A DNA stretch of 44,666 bases. It comes from Candidatus Anoxychlamydiales bacterium (GTDB lineage: Bacteria; Chlamydiota; Chlamydiia; Chlamydiales; SM23-39). This document shows positions 26,607 through 36,673 of the stretch, piece by piece. The translations under genes and the position numbers were made by a program. The notes under the pieces were generated by a model. That model saw only the letters and a program-made list of their open reading frames with translations, ran no database searches and was not told where the DNA came from. The stretch spans positions 1 through 44,666 of the forward strand of contig JAAKFV010000003.1 in assembly GCA_011064875.1 (NCBI GenBank). The letters run 5' to 3'. Each line of letters opens with the position of its first letter. Position 1 is the stretch's first letter.

Positions 26607-29321
26607 TCAAAGCTTTAAGCTAAGCCTTATGACAGGTTGATCTTTTACTTTCTCAAAAGAAAATCCAAAAGATTTACATAGGTTTTTAATAGCAATATTA
26701 TCTTCTAACATCTGAGATATTAAATACTCTCTTTTTTCTTCTTTTGCTATTTTTATAATATTATCTAGTAGTTTTTTTCCAAGTCCTTTTTTATGCCAGT
26801 TATCTTTAACAAGAAGTGAGAAAAAACCATCATTTGAGTTTTTCAATTTAGTAAATCTACCTATCGCTATAATTTCTCTGCTGTCTTTTAGTTCTGCAAC
26901 TAAAGTTATTTCTCTATCGTAATCTATGAAACACATTCTAATTAGTCTTTCATGAGCAACTAAATCATCGTAGTGAAGCGATTTAAAATACTCTTCTTTT
27001 AAAGATTTTTCAGAAACATCTTTATAAAATTCTCTCATAAGCGGTTCGTCATCAGGATGTATCGGTCTAATTACAATTGGAGTTTCATCTTTTAATTTAT
27101 AGTCCATCACTAAATGAAGAGGATATGGTCTTATAGCGAGTTTTGGATATTTTTCTTGCTTTTCATGAAGTATTATTCGAGCGTCTAAAGCTATAATCTC
27201 GTTCTTCGAGGCTAAAAGAGGATTAATATCACACTCTTTTATCTCGGGATATTGAGCTATGAGAGAGCTAAACTCGACTACAATTTTCTCTAATTTATCT
27301 AAATCTACAGCTTTTTTCCCTCTAACCCCTTGCAGAGCTTGATAGATTTTTGTTCTCTCCATTAATCTTTTTGCAAGAGTAATTGTGAGTGGAGGAAGAG
27401 CTATTGCTTTATCTTTAAATACCTCTACGAGCTCACCTCCTGTACCGAAAAGCATAATTGGTCCAAAATCTGAATCAACAGTGCTTCCAAGTATCAATTC
27501 ATATCCATCTAAAAGAACCATCTCTTGAACTGTTACGCCATCAAAATCCTTTTCTTTTCCAAGATCTTTTAAAGATTTTTGAATTTCTAAAAAAGCATCT
27601 TTCACTTCACTCTCATTGTGTAAATTGAGCTTTACTCCCCCAACATCCGTTTTATGAGTAATTTCTTTAGAAAATACTTTTAAAACAACTGGGTAGCCTA
27701 TTTTTTTAGAAAGTTCAATTGTCTCTTCCAGATTTTTTGCAATAAAAGTCTCAACTATCGGAATATCAAAGACTTTTAAAATATTTTTTGATTCAAATTC
27801 ATCTAAAAGAACTCTATTTTCATCTCTTGCTTTTTTTATTATCTCGTTAATTATATTTTCTTGTTTTTTGATTTTTTTTTGAGTTGCTATTGAAGATTGA
27901 ACTTTAGCTGTCTCATATATACCTATCATATTATAACAATATGACCACATGTAACCAAAAGATCGACAAGCTTGATCTGGAAATTCAAAATCAGGAATAT
28001 TGCTAGCTGCTAAAATATTCCTACCCTCTTCTACAGATTTTGCTCCCATCCACGCTGCAAAAATAGGTCTACCTATATCTGCAAATTCTTTAATTTTATT
28101 AGCAACTAAAGTAGCGTCCGTCATAAATTGAGGGGTTAAAATAACCAAAATACCTTCTACATTTTCATCTTCAACTAATACTTTTAGAGTCTTATGATAA
28201 AGATCAGCTGTAGCATCTCCTAAAATATCGATCGGATTATTATGAGACCAAGCCTGAGGTAAAAATTCGTTTAATTTTTCATATGTACTATCTTGAAGCG
28301 TTGCTATTTTTGCTCCATGAATTATTAAACTGTCTGTTGCTATAACAGCTGGTCCTCCAGCATTTGTCACTATAGCAAGATGAGGTCCTTTTGGAATTGG
28401 CTGCTTTGATAAAATCTCATTCATACTAAATAGATCATTAATAGTATTAACTCTTAAAACCCCTACCCTTTTTAAAGCCGCATCTAATACCTCATCACTA
28501 CCAGCTAGCGCTCCTGTATGTGACTTAGCTGCATGCGCTGATTCTTTGGTTCTTCCGGCTTTTATTAAAATAATCGGCTTTGTTAAAGCGACCTCTCTTG
28601 CAGCAGACAAAAAAGATCTAGGATCTGAAATGTTTTCCATATACATCAAAATACTTTTGGTATTTGGATCATCCCCAAAATAGTTAATCAAATCGCCCCA
28701 ATCTACATCAATCATAGAACCTATCGATACAAATGCACTAAATCCTATTTTTTCTTTTACGCTCCAATCTAATACAGCTGTCCCTAATGCTCCAGATTGA
28801 GAAATAAAAGCAATATTTCCACTCTTTGGCATATCTTTTGCGAAAGTAGCATTAAGGTTTAAACTTGGATTCATTATTCCTAAACAATTTGGCCCAATAA
28901 TTCTTATCTTTTTTTTATTTAGAAGAATCTGATCTTCTAATTCTTTGCCACTCTTGCCGAGTTCTTTAAATCCTGCAGATATTATTATAGCTGCGCTTAC
29001 ATTTTTTTCTTCTAACTGGGCAATAATACCCGGGACTGTTTTAGATGGAGTTGCTATAATTGCTAAATCAATTTTTTTTTCTATCTTATCAATACTAGGA
29101 TATGCTTTTTGCCCTAAAATACTATCTCTTTTAGGGTTAACTAAAAATATTTCACCTTTAAAAGATGAGTTCACTAAATTTTCTACTAGAGTTTTTCCAA
29201 CGCTATTTTCTTTATCAGTAGCACCAATTATTGCAATGGTCTTGGGATTAAAAATATAATCTAAGTTATTGAGCTCTTTATATAAAATATTTAAAGAGGG
29301 ATCAAATTTATACTCTTCCAT
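26607..29321 (-). CDS. NDP-forming acyl-CoA synthetase family protein fused to a C-terminal GNAT (Pat/Pka-like)
   Basis: CoA-binding domain, 'IGPNCLG', 'SQSGALG', 'SHTGALAG', ATP-grasp 'HKTDVGGV', GNAT 'IRPIHPDDE...IDYDRE...GLG'; GAGG RBS favours ATG 29321. Confidence 0.9.
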   Translation of the reverse strand: MEEYKFDPSLNILYKELNNLDYIFNPKTIAIIGATDKENSVGKTLVENLVNSSFKGEIFLVNPKRDSILGQKAYPSIDKIEKKIDLAIIATPSKTVPGIIAQLEEKNVSAAIIISAGFKELGKSGKELEDQILLNKKKIRIIGPNCLGIMNPSLNLNATFAKDMPKSGNIAFISQSGALGTAVLDWSVKEKIGFSAFVSIGSMIDVDWGDLINYFGDDPNTKSILMYMENISDPRSFLSAAREVALTKPIILIKAGRTKESAHAAKSHTGALAGSDEVLDAALKRVGVLRVNTINDLFSMNEILSKQPIPKGPHLAIVTNAGGPAVIATDSLIIHGAKIATLQDSTYEKLNEFLPQAWSHNNPIDILGDATADLYHKTLKVLVEDENVEGILVILTPQFMTDATLVANKIKEFADIGRPIFAAWMGAKSVEEGRNILAASNIPDFEFPDQACRSFGYMWSYCYNMIGIYETAKVQSSIATQKKIKKQENIINEIIKKARDENRVLLDEFESKNILKVFDIPIVETFIAKNLEETIELSKKIGYPVVLKVFSKEITHKTDVGGVKLNLHNESEVKDAFLEIQKSLKDLGKEKDFDGVTVQEMVLLDGYELILGSTVDSDFGPIMLFGTGGELVEVFKDKAIALPPLTITLAKRLMERTKIYQALQGVRGKKAVDLDKLEKIVVEFSSLIAQYPEIKECDINPLLASKNEIIALDARIILHEKQEKYPKLAIRPYPLHLVMDYKLKDETPIVIRPIHPDDEPLMREFYKDVSEKSLKEEYFKSLHYDDLVAHERLIRMCFIDYDREITLVAELKDSREIIAIGRFTKLKNSNDGFFSLLVKDNWHKKGLGKKLLDNIIKIAKEEKREYLISQMLEDNIAIKNLCKSFGFSFEKVKDQPVIRLSLKL

Positions 29322-29388
29322 CTTGATATACCTCAATAATTCGATATATATTATGTAAAAGCTTAAGTAAACTATTTTTTCTTGAAAT

Positions 29389-30030
29389 TTATCTAGATAT
29401 TTTTAAGGTTTTATCTATTTGCTCTTTTGATATAGACCCAATTCTCAATATCTTATATGGCTTTTCAACTAAAGAAATAATAGTAGATGGGATTTTAAGC
29501 TCGCACTCTCCCGTATCGATAATTGCTGGTATCTTATTTAAAAAAGCATCTAAAACCATCTTAGCATTAACTGGACTTTTTCTATTTGAGATATTAGCAG
29601 ATGTTCCAACTATTGGAGATCCTAATAGATTAATTAGTTTTTGAGTATAGTAATTATCTGGCATTCTAAGAGCTATTGTTAAGTCTGAAGATATTAAAGA
29701 TGAAATTTTTGGGTTTTTCTTTAAAATGATGGTTAAAGGTCCTGGGAAAAATCTATTTGCTAAAATATAAAAATCATTTGGAATCTTAATAGCTACTCTT
29801 TTGACATCTTCAATTGAACCTAGATGAACAATCAATGCTTTATTTTTATCTCTTTTTTTTAAAGTATATATTTTTTCGATAGCTTCTTCCTTAAACATAT
29901 GAGCGCCAAGACCATAGACAGTTTCTGTTGGAAAAGCAATTACTTTAGATTCATTTAAGTAATCTACAATATTTTTAAAATTTTGATCTGTTAGATTTTT
30001 TTTTGAAAAAATTTTCGTTTTCATCTTCAT
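29389..30030 (-). CDS. tsaC: L-threonylcarbamoyladenylate synthase (TsaC/Sua5)
   Basis: '[10 protein letters not shown]', 'K.R', 'PGPLT', 'SANIS', 'PSTI', 'LR.G'. Confidence 0.92.
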   Translation of the reverse strand: MKMKTKIFSKKNLTDQNFKNIVDYLNESKVIAFPTETVYGLGAHMFKEEAIEKIYTLKKRDKNKALIVHLGSIEDVKRVAIKIPNDFYILANRFFPGPLTIILKKNPKISSLISSDLTIALRMPDNYYTQKLINLLGSPIVGTSANISNRKSPVNAKMVLDAFLNKIPAIIDTGECELKIPSTIISLVEKPYKILRIGSISKEQIDKTLKISR

Positions 30031-30164
30031 TTTTTTTGAAATTTTACAGCTATTTTACACTAAAATTTCAATGTTTTGAACACATAAAATAAAATTGTTT
30101 GTTGAGAAAAAATTTGAATAGGATATCCCCTCTATTATATGATTAAAAAAAATATTAAAATCTT

Positions 30165-30662
30165 ATGCAAAGCAGTTTTTATAATAAAATTTTTCAAAGA
30201 AGCTTAGCCGAAAAGCTCTTGAGCTTTTTCATTTTTTTAACGATCTCTTTGCTTTTCTGGTCAATCTTAGTGTTTATCTTATCTAAAAGCTCTTGGAGCT
30301 TTATTGGATCTAATTGGGTCTTTAAAAAGCTATATACCACCCTTTATCTAACATATTTTATCCTTCTTTCGCTCTCCTCTTTTTTGCTTTGGCAAAAGTT
30401 TTCTTTTAAAAAACTTAAATTAGAGATAAGCTTTTTTTTGAGTATCTTTTTTCTATCCACCTTTTGGAATTATACTTTCCTTTTCAAACATGATTATTTT
30501 ATTAGTTTAATCACTATCCTATTTACTCTTTTCTTTTCTATTGTCTTAAATATGCTTATCTGGAAAAAAACAAAAGTTGCAGCAATTATTTTCAGTAATT
30601 GTAGTCTTTGGATTTTATATTTATTTATTTTAAATATGGTTGCATCTATTACAAATTATTAA
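30165..30662 (+). CDS. TspO/MBR-like membrane protein
   Basis: About five TM helices with 'W...F' and 'W..Y...LN' pattern; divergent. Confidence 0.55.
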   Translation: MQSSFYNKIFQRSLAEKLLSFFIFLTISLLFWSILVFILSKSSWSFIGSNWVFKKLYTTLYLTYFILLSLSSFLLWQKFSFKKLKLEISFFLSIFFLSTFWNYTFLFKHDYFISLITILFTLFFSIVLNMLIWKKTKVAAIIFSNCSLWILYLFILNMVASITNY

Positions 30663-30675
30663 AGGAGAAAAATTT

Positions 30676-31002
30676 ATGAAAACAACCGCTTACATTTCAC
30701 TTATCTATGGATTGATTATAATCTTAAGTGGGATTATGGCTTTTAGATTTACTGACAAGCTTGCACCTCTTGTAGTTGAAGTGTTTCTTGGAATCGTAAT
30801 ACTTGCAAATGTCTTTTTTATGATGATGGAAAAAAAACCTTCATTTTACGTTCTTTTAGTTTTATCTTTCTTACTTGCAATATTTTACGGATATAACTTT
30901 TCTCAGACACATCAGTTTTTTCAAGGGGTTTTGACAGGTATTAGTTTTTTTGTTTTTATTTATGAACTTTTAAAGCTTTTTAAAGTTACTGGAGCTGAAT
31001 AA
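30676..31002 (+). CDS. TMEM14-like small membrane protein
   Basis: AGGAG RBS before ATG 30676; 'YG.II..GIM.F' and four TM helices. Confidence 0.6.
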   Translation: MKTTAYISLIYGLIIILSGIMAFRFTDKLAPLVVEVFLGIVILANVFFMMMEKKPSFYVLLVLSFLLAIFYGYNFSQTHQFFQGVLTGISFFVFIYELLKLFKVTGAE

Positions 31003-31040
31003 AAAAAAACCGAGCTCGACCTAGCGGTCTTACTCGATTC
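31002..31040 (-). terminator. Imperfect terminator hairpin of the histone-like gene
   Basis: CGAG..GACC-TAGC-GGTC..CTCG next to an A-run. Confidence 0.5.
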
Positions 31041-31068
31041 TTTTATTAAAAACTTAAAACCAAAAGAC

Positions 31069-31242
31069 TTAAGCTTTTGCTTTTCTTCTTTTTCTTCTTT
31101 TAGTAGCTTTTTTAGCAGGAGCTTTTGTAGCTTTTCTTTTTGTAGCTTTTCTTTTAGTTGTTTTTCTTTTAGCTGGTTTTTTAGCTGTTTTTCTTTTAGC
31201 TGTTTTTTTAGCAGCTTTTCTTTTTTTTCTTCTTAAAGGCAT
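31069..31242 (-). CDS. 57-aa histone H1-like basic nucleoid protein (Hc2-like repeats); not in the ORF track
   Basis: AGGAGG RBS; MPLRRKKRKAAKKTAKRKTAKKPAKRKTTKRKATKRKATKAPAKKATKRRKRRKAKA*. Confidence 0.88.
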   Translation of the reverse strand: MPLRRKKRKAAKKTAKRKTAKKPAKRKTTKRKATKRKATKAPAKKATKRRKRRKAKA

Positions 31243-31629
31243 AGTGTCCTCCTTGTTGTTTTTTTAATGTCAATTGTAACATTTGGGTAAATACCCTTTT
31301 ATTCTATTTATCTCTTATACTTTTAAATATAATAAATTATATATAAAAAACAAATAATTTTTATTATTTTTTCAAACTAAATAATTACTAAATTAATAAA
31401 TAGCCTTTATAAACATTTCTCAAGGCTGTTTTTCAAAAAAAAAAATTAAAAAAAAAATTAAAATTATCTATTTTTTTTCTAATTATTCATAAAAATTATT
31501 AAATGCTGTTCTTTAGGGATCAATTTCACTTTTAAATAATCATTAATTATAAAATGAGTAATATTAAGTTATCTTTATCAATATTGGATGTATAAGATTT
31601 TAAAAGTAAGATCTTTAAAGAAATAAAAA

Positions 31630-31666
31630 GGGTTCTTTAAAAGCAATAATTGATTTTAAAGAACCC
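31630..31666 (-). terminator. Terminator hairpin downstream of the DUF378 gene
   Basis: GGGTTCTTTAAAA / TTTTAAAGAACCC 13-bp IR with an A-run on the left. Confidence 0.75.
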
Positions 31667-31682
31667 AAAAAGGATTAGATTA

Positions 31683-31889
31683 CTATTTTTTCTTCCCAAA
31701 GCAGCAGAAGCATTTCCATCTGAACAATGCGTAAAATGCACTCACACCAACTAAGAAGTAGATTACTTTGTCAATCCAAAGTCTTCCAAATATATAATCT
31801 ATGATGTTGAAATCAACAACACCCCAGAATCCCCAGTTAATTCCACCAATAATTAGTAAAATTAATACAAAAACATCGATTTTTTTCAT
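31683..31889 (-). CDS. DUF378 family small membrane protein
   Basis: 'L.IIGGINWG..G..DFN....IFG....IY.LVG.SA'. Confidence 0.85.
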   Translation of the reverse strand: MKKIDVFVLILLIIGGINWGFWGVVDFNIIDYIFGRLWIDKVIYFLVGVSAFYALFRWKCFCCFGKKK

Positions 31890-32067
31890 AATACATTCCT
31901 TCATTAAAATTAGAAGTTCCTCACACTTTATTAACTCTCAAATATCAAATTATTAATCAAGTATTTTTTTTATTTAATTGTTGAAAATAACTGAATATCA
32001 GAAACTTATTGATTTTATTTTTTTTTTAATTTTTAATAGTTATTAAATTGAACAAACAAATAATTAT

Positions 32068-33324
32068 ATGAATAGACCACTTTCTGATTTATTAAGACCG
32101 TTATCATTCGATGATGTTTTTGGACATGAAAAGGCTATTTTTTGGCTAAAAAAAGTAATTGAATCAAAAAAGCCTGTCTCAATTTTATTTTTTGGACCTG
32201 CTGGATCTGGAAAAACAACGCTTGCTAAGCTATATGCGAAAGCGTTTAAAGCAAATTTCATTAAGATGAGCGCTGTATTTGGGTCTACATCTGAGATAAA
32301 AAAAATAGCCTCTGATTCAAAGAAAAATACTCTTTTTAATATCCCAACTATCTTATTTGTTGATGAAATTCACAGATTTAATAAAGCTCAGCAAGATTCA
32401 TTTTTGCCATTTATTGAAGATGGAACAATAACATTAATTGGAGCTACAACTGAAAATCCATCCTTTTCTTTGAACAACGCCCTCATTTCTAGATTTAGAG
32501 TAATTGAGCTATTGGCTCTTGATATTAAAGACTTAAGCAAAATTTTAATGAACTATGAGAAACAACATGGATCTCTCAATTTAACTGAGAGAGCAAAAGA
32601 ATATCTTTTAGAAGAGTCTTTAGGAGATGCTCGTCATTTAATCAATATGATTGAAAATCTCGAAAATCTAAAAGAAAATAAAAAAAATGATTTAGATGAA
32701 ATTGTAAAATTTCTACAAAAAAAACCATCAAATTATGATAAAGCATCTGATATTCATTATAATTTGATATCAGCTTTGCATAAATCGATTAGAGGATCAG
32801 ATGTAGATGCAACCCTGTATTGGCTCTTAAGAATGTTAAACGGTAAAGAAGACCCTTTATACATCACAAGAAGGCTCATTCGAATCAGCCTTGAAGATAT
32901 ATCACTTGCAGACCCTAATGCTTTAAAAATAACGATGCTAGCGGATGAAACTTACAGAAGACTTGGCTCTCCAGAAGGAGAGCTTGCTATCGCTGAGGCA
33001 GCTGTTTATCTATCTTTAGCTCCTAAAAGCAATAAAGTCTATGAAGCTTTTAAAAAGGCACAAAAGCTTGCTGAAAAAACTTCCCATCTTTTACCTCCCA
33101 AACACATATTAAATGCTCCAACAAAACTTATGAAAGATCTAGGTTATTCAAAAGGATACAAATATGATCATGATGAAAAAGATAGTTTTTCAGCACAAAA
33201 TTATTTCCCTGAAGATCTTTCACAAGAGCAATTTTATTTTCCAAAAGATATAGGTTTTGAAAAAGAAATGAAAAAAAGATATGTATATTTTGACAAATTA
33301 AGGAAATTAAAATCGAAAAGTTAA
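32068..33324 (+). CDS. rarA: Replication-associated recombination protein A (MgsA/RarA AAA+ ATPase)
   Basis: GPAGSGKTT, 'VDEIHRFNKAQQD', 'GATTENP', 'ISALHKSIRGSD', 'NAPTKLMKDLGY'. Confidence 0.95.
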   Translation: MNRPLSDLLRPLSFDDVFGHEKAIFWLKKVIESKKPVSILFFGPAGSGKTTLAKLYAKAFKANFIKMSAVFGSTSEIKKIASDSKKNTLFNIPTILFVDEIHRFNKAQQDSFLPFIEDGTITLIGATTENPSFSLNNALISRFRVIELLALDIKDLSKILMNYEKQHGSLNLTERAKEYLLEESLGDARHLINMIENLENLKENKKNDLDEIVKFLQKKPSNYDKASDIHYNLISALHKSIRGSDVDATLYWLLRMLNGKEDPLYITRRLIRISLEDISLADPNALKITMLADETYRRLGSPEGELAIAEAAVYLSLAPKSNKVYEAFKKAQKLAEKTSHLLPPKHILNAPTKLMKDLGYSKGYKYDHDEKDSFSAQNYFPEDLSQEQFYFPKDIGFEKEMKKRYVYFDKLRKLKSKS

Positions 33325-33414
33325 TTTTTTTCTTTAAAATAACTTTAAATTATAACTTGATTCAAAACACCAATTTAACTTATATTGCATCTAGGTACTA
33401 GCTCAATTGTAAAT

Positions 33415-34818
33415 ATGCAAGAAATAACACAGATTCGTAAAAATAAGATTTGTCTTTTAGACTATGATTATAAACAAGATATCGAAAATAGAGTAATGCT
33501 ATCTAAACTCACTGAGTTTGAACTAAGCATTTTAGAAGAAATTTTATATAGTTCTATTAAAACATCACTGAGCAGACTATCCAAAGATTTAGAGACTTCC
33601 GAGAAAAAACTTTTATCTGTTTTAGAAAAATTTGAAAAAGCAAATCTTTTAAAAATTGATGGAGAGATCATTGATATCGATAAAAAAATGCGTAAGTATT
33701 TTGAATTTGAATATCAAAGGTTTGAAGAAAATTTTAAACCTGATCTTTTATTTATAAATAATCTTTTACACAAAATTCCAATCCATATTTTACCGATTTG
33801 GTATTCAATTCCAAAATCTTCTAACAATATTTTTGCATCTATTATTGATAAATACCTTCTAACTCCCCAAATATTTCAAAGGCATTTAGAAAATATTGAA
33901 TGTGAAAACTCAACATTTTTAGGTATTGTAGAAGATGTATATAACTCTGAAAACTTTGAAGTAACATCAGCAGATCTGCAAAAAAAATACTCTTTAGAAA
34001 AAGAAACCTACTTAGAGATTATACTTTTATTAGAGTTTAACCTTTTATGCTTTCAGTCTTATAAAAAAACAAAAAATGGATACGTTGAGATAATAACTCC
34101 CTTTCATGAATATAAAGATTATCTTCAATATCTAAATCAGACTAAAACCCTTAGTATAAAAGATACAAAAAAGCTAATTCGTAAAAGAAAAAATCCTTTT
34201 GGATTTGCAGAAGATTTGTGCTCAGTTTTAAAGATGGCAAAAAAACCACTATCCAAAGCTACCGTAGAAAAAAACATCAAAATTGAGCTCTCAATTAAAG
34301 ACTCCGCTATAATAGTTTCAAAATCTTACATAGACTCTATTATTAATAAATTATTAAAAATTGAATTTTTATCCCAAAAAAAAGACCTACTTCAAACTAC
34401 AATTTCTGGAAAAAAATGGTTAGATTTCAATTTAGAAAACAAAGCTCTGCATCTTTATTACCATACTTTAAATACTCTTGATGAAGAAGAGTCTTTCAAA
34501 CATTTAATAAATGAAAAATCTATAAGAGAAGCTGAAAAAAGTATAATAAGAGTTTTAGATTCTACTTGGGTATATTTCGATGATTTTTCCAAAGGCATTA
34601 TAGCAGCTATTACAGATGAGCATCTTGTTAAAATTAAGCACTCTGGAAAAGCTTATAAATACTCAATTGCTTCTTATAGTAAAGAAGAGATATTATTTAT
34701 AAAAAAAATTATTTTTGAAAGACTTTTTGAAGCAGGTTTTGTATCTGTTGGTTCTTTAAATGGCAGAGATTGTTTTTCAGTGACAAAGCTAGGTCAAAAG
34801 CTTTTTGAAATTAGTTGA
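33415..34818 (+). CDS. Conserved hypothetical protein with putative winged-helix segments
   Basis: Long ORF coupled to smpB; N-terminal MarR-like HTH pattern. Confidence 0.6.
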   Translation: MQEITQIRKNKICLLDYDYKQDIENRVMLSKLTEFELSILEEILYSSIKTSLSRLSKDLETSEKKLLSVLEKFEKANLLKIDGEIIDIDKKMRKYFEFEYQRFEENFKPDLLFINNLLHKIPIHILPIWYSIPKSSNNIFASIIDKYLLTPQIFQRHLENIECENSTFLGIVEDVYNSENFEVTSADLQKKYSLEKETYLEIILLLEFNLLCFQSYKKTKNGYVEIITPFHEYKDYLQYLNQTKTLSIKDTKKLIRKRKNPFGFAEDLCSVLKMAKKPLSKATVEKNIKIELSIKDSAIIVSKSYIDSIINKLLKIEFLSQKKDLLQTTISGKKWLDFNLENKALHLYYHTLNTLDEEESFKHLINEKSIREAEKSIIRVLDSTWVYFDDFSKGIIAAITDEHLVKIKHSGKAYKYSIASYSKEEILFIKKIIFERLFEAGFVSVGSLNGRDCFSVTKLGQKLFEIS

Positions 34819-34826
34819 GGTTTTTT

Positions 34827-35258
34827 TTGAAAGATTTAGTATCTAATAGAAAAGCTTTTCATGACTATGAAATTTTAGAGACTTATGAAGCTGGAATAGC
34901 TCTACTCGGCTCTGAAATCAAATCTCTTAGAGATCATTCAGGATCACTTCAAGATTCTTATGTAGATATAAAAGATGATGAGCTTTGGTTAGTAAATTGT
35001 TATATTGCTCCCTATAAATTTGCTACAACCACTGCGCATAAAGATAGAAGAAGAAGAAAACTTTTGATGCATAAAAGAGAGATCTTAAAAATAAAAAGAC
35101 AGACCCATGAAAAAGGAACCGCCTTGATTCCTCTTTCTATATATATAAAAAAATCTAAAGCCAAAGTAAAAATAGCAGTCGCTAGAGGCAAAAAAGCTTA
35201 CGATAAAAGAGCAAAGCTCAAAGAAAAAGCTGAGAAAAAAGAAATTAGAAATATTTGA
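34827..35258 (+). CDS. smpB: SsrA-binding protein
   Basis: 'NRKAFHDY', 'EAGIAL.GSEIKS.R', 'RKLLMHKREI', 'GKKAYDKR'; TTG start after GAGG. Confidence 0.95.
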   Translation: MKDLVSNRKAFHDYEILETYEAGIALLGSEIKSLRDHSGSLQDSYVDIKDDELWLVNCYIAPYKFATTTAHKDRRRRKLLMHKREILKIKRQTHEKGTALIPLSIYIKKSKAKVKIAVARGKKAYDKRAKLKEKAEKKEIRNI

Positions 35259-35315
35259 ATAAAATTTAACAAACCGTCTAAAATATATTTTTAATAAAAA
35301 AAAGGGTGAAAATAG

Positions 35316-36539
35316 ATGAGTACTTTATCAGATATTAGCTCAACCAATAGACACGTATACGCTCCTTCTACTCTCCTTATTGCTAATGCTGAAAAAGCAA
35401 AAATATCAGCTAATTTAGTAGATCAAAAATTTAAAATATTTAATTTAACTACTGCTAAAAATTTAGCTATCAAGGTTGTTAAAATTGCTGCCATTATTTT
35501 AGCAACTTCTGCTATTTTACATCTAATTTCTATAGGAATGATACAAGCATCTACTCTTTTATCTACTAAATCAGTTTCGTATCCTCTTTCAAAACTATCT
35601 AATATATTGATGCAAGTTGGCTTGAAAATACAAAAACTTGCTGAAGCTTTATTTTTAAGTGTCTCTGTGCCGACTTATATGATTTTTTATAAGTTTCCGA
35701 AATATCTTGTACTGAAAATTCCAGCATTAATCAAAAAGATTAACACCTATATATCTAAATTTATTGATTTATCAATGAAACATGTAATCAGACCAATTAT
35801 AAATCAAATCACCAAATTTATTAATTTTTTGAAACCGCATATCATTTCTTTAATAAATAAAATCGCTAAAGTTATCAATTTTATTGGAGATTTTTTTTTT
35901 AAACCTCTGTTAACTTGGACTTGGAAAGTAATCTCAAAAGCAATCTCTAATATATATAATAAAGTGATCTATCCTCTTTTAGATCTCACAAGAAACGCTT
36001 TAGTTTGGATTAGTAATAATATTGTTAGACCATTTGCAAGATGGAGCTATAGAGTAATCTCAACTGTTTTGTCTAACCTATATAATAAAGTAATCTACCC
36101 TCTTTTAAAGCTTACTAAAGATAGTTTTGTTTGGTTTGGGAATAACATTGTCAAACCATTTGTAAAATGGAGCTGGAAGATAATTTCTACGGCTTTATCT
36201 AATCTATATAGTAAAATGATCTATCCTCTTTTAAAGCTCACAAAACAAGTTTATAACTGGCTTACTACAAAAATTATTTTCCCTCTTTTAAAATGGAGCT
36301 GGGAAATAACTTCAAAAGCAAGCTCAATTATATATAGAAATGTTATCCATCCAGTGGCTCATAAATGTTTTTTAGTACTGAAATTTATAGCTCAAAAAAC
36401 AGCTGAAATCTCAACATTTTTATACAAAAAAACAATCGGGCCTCTAGTTACTATAACCATTAATGCCATACAGAAAATCATTAAAAAAATTGTAGAAGAA
36501 GCAAATAGAATAATAAGCATCGTAACAGTAAAAATTTAA
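35316..36539 (+). CDS. Hypothetical amphipathic-helix repeat protein (3.5 x 42 aa)
   Basis: Repeat unit 'xPxxxWxWxxISxxxSNxYxKxIYPLLxLTxxxxxWxxxxIx'; S/T-rich N-terminus. Confidence 0.7.
   Translation: MSTLSDISSTNRHVYAPSTLLIANAEKAKISANLVDQKFKIFNLTTAKNLAIKVVKIAAIILATSAILHLISIGMIQASTLLSTKSVSYPLSKLSNILMQVGLKIQKLAEALFLSVSVPTYMIFYKFPKYLVLKIPALIKKINTYISKFIDLSMKHVIRPIINQITKFINFLKPHIISLINKIAKVINFIGDFFFKPLLTWTWKVISKAISNIYNKVIYPLLDLTRNALVWISNNIVRPFARWSYRVISTVLSNLYNKVIYPLLKLTKDSFVWFGNNIVKPFVKWSWKIISTALSNLYSKMIYPLLKLTKQVYNWLTTKIIFPLLKWSWEITSKASSIIYRNVIHPVAHKCFLVLKFIAQKTAEISTFLYKKTIGPLVTITINAIQKIIKKIVEEANRIISIVTVKI
35901..36353 (+). repeat. 126-bp intragenic tandem repeat (~3.5 copies)
   Basis: Units begin at 35901, 36027, 36153, 36279; shared TCTAA.CTATATA.TAAA.T.ATCTA.CCTCTTTTA. 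Confidence 0.8.
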
Positions 36540-36673
36540 AAACACGGTTTTTATTGCTTAATTTTTAAAGTTCGTTTTCTGATCTATTTTTTTTTAGATT
36601 CTTCTTGACATAACTAAAAAAAATGACGTATCTTTTAATATTAATATAAATGAATTTACAAAGGAACTTATCC

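Noticed and set aside
29334-29361. Second dif-like site (TTATGTAAAA)
   Set aside because: No ATAA-ending XerC arm at 6-bp spacing.
35316-36539. Prophage tape-measure gene
   Set aside because: No phage genes nearby; flanked by housekeeping genes.
36540-36673. oriC next to dnaN-recF
   Set aside because: No dnaA and no DnaA-box cluster seen; chlamydial dnaN is not normally at oriC.
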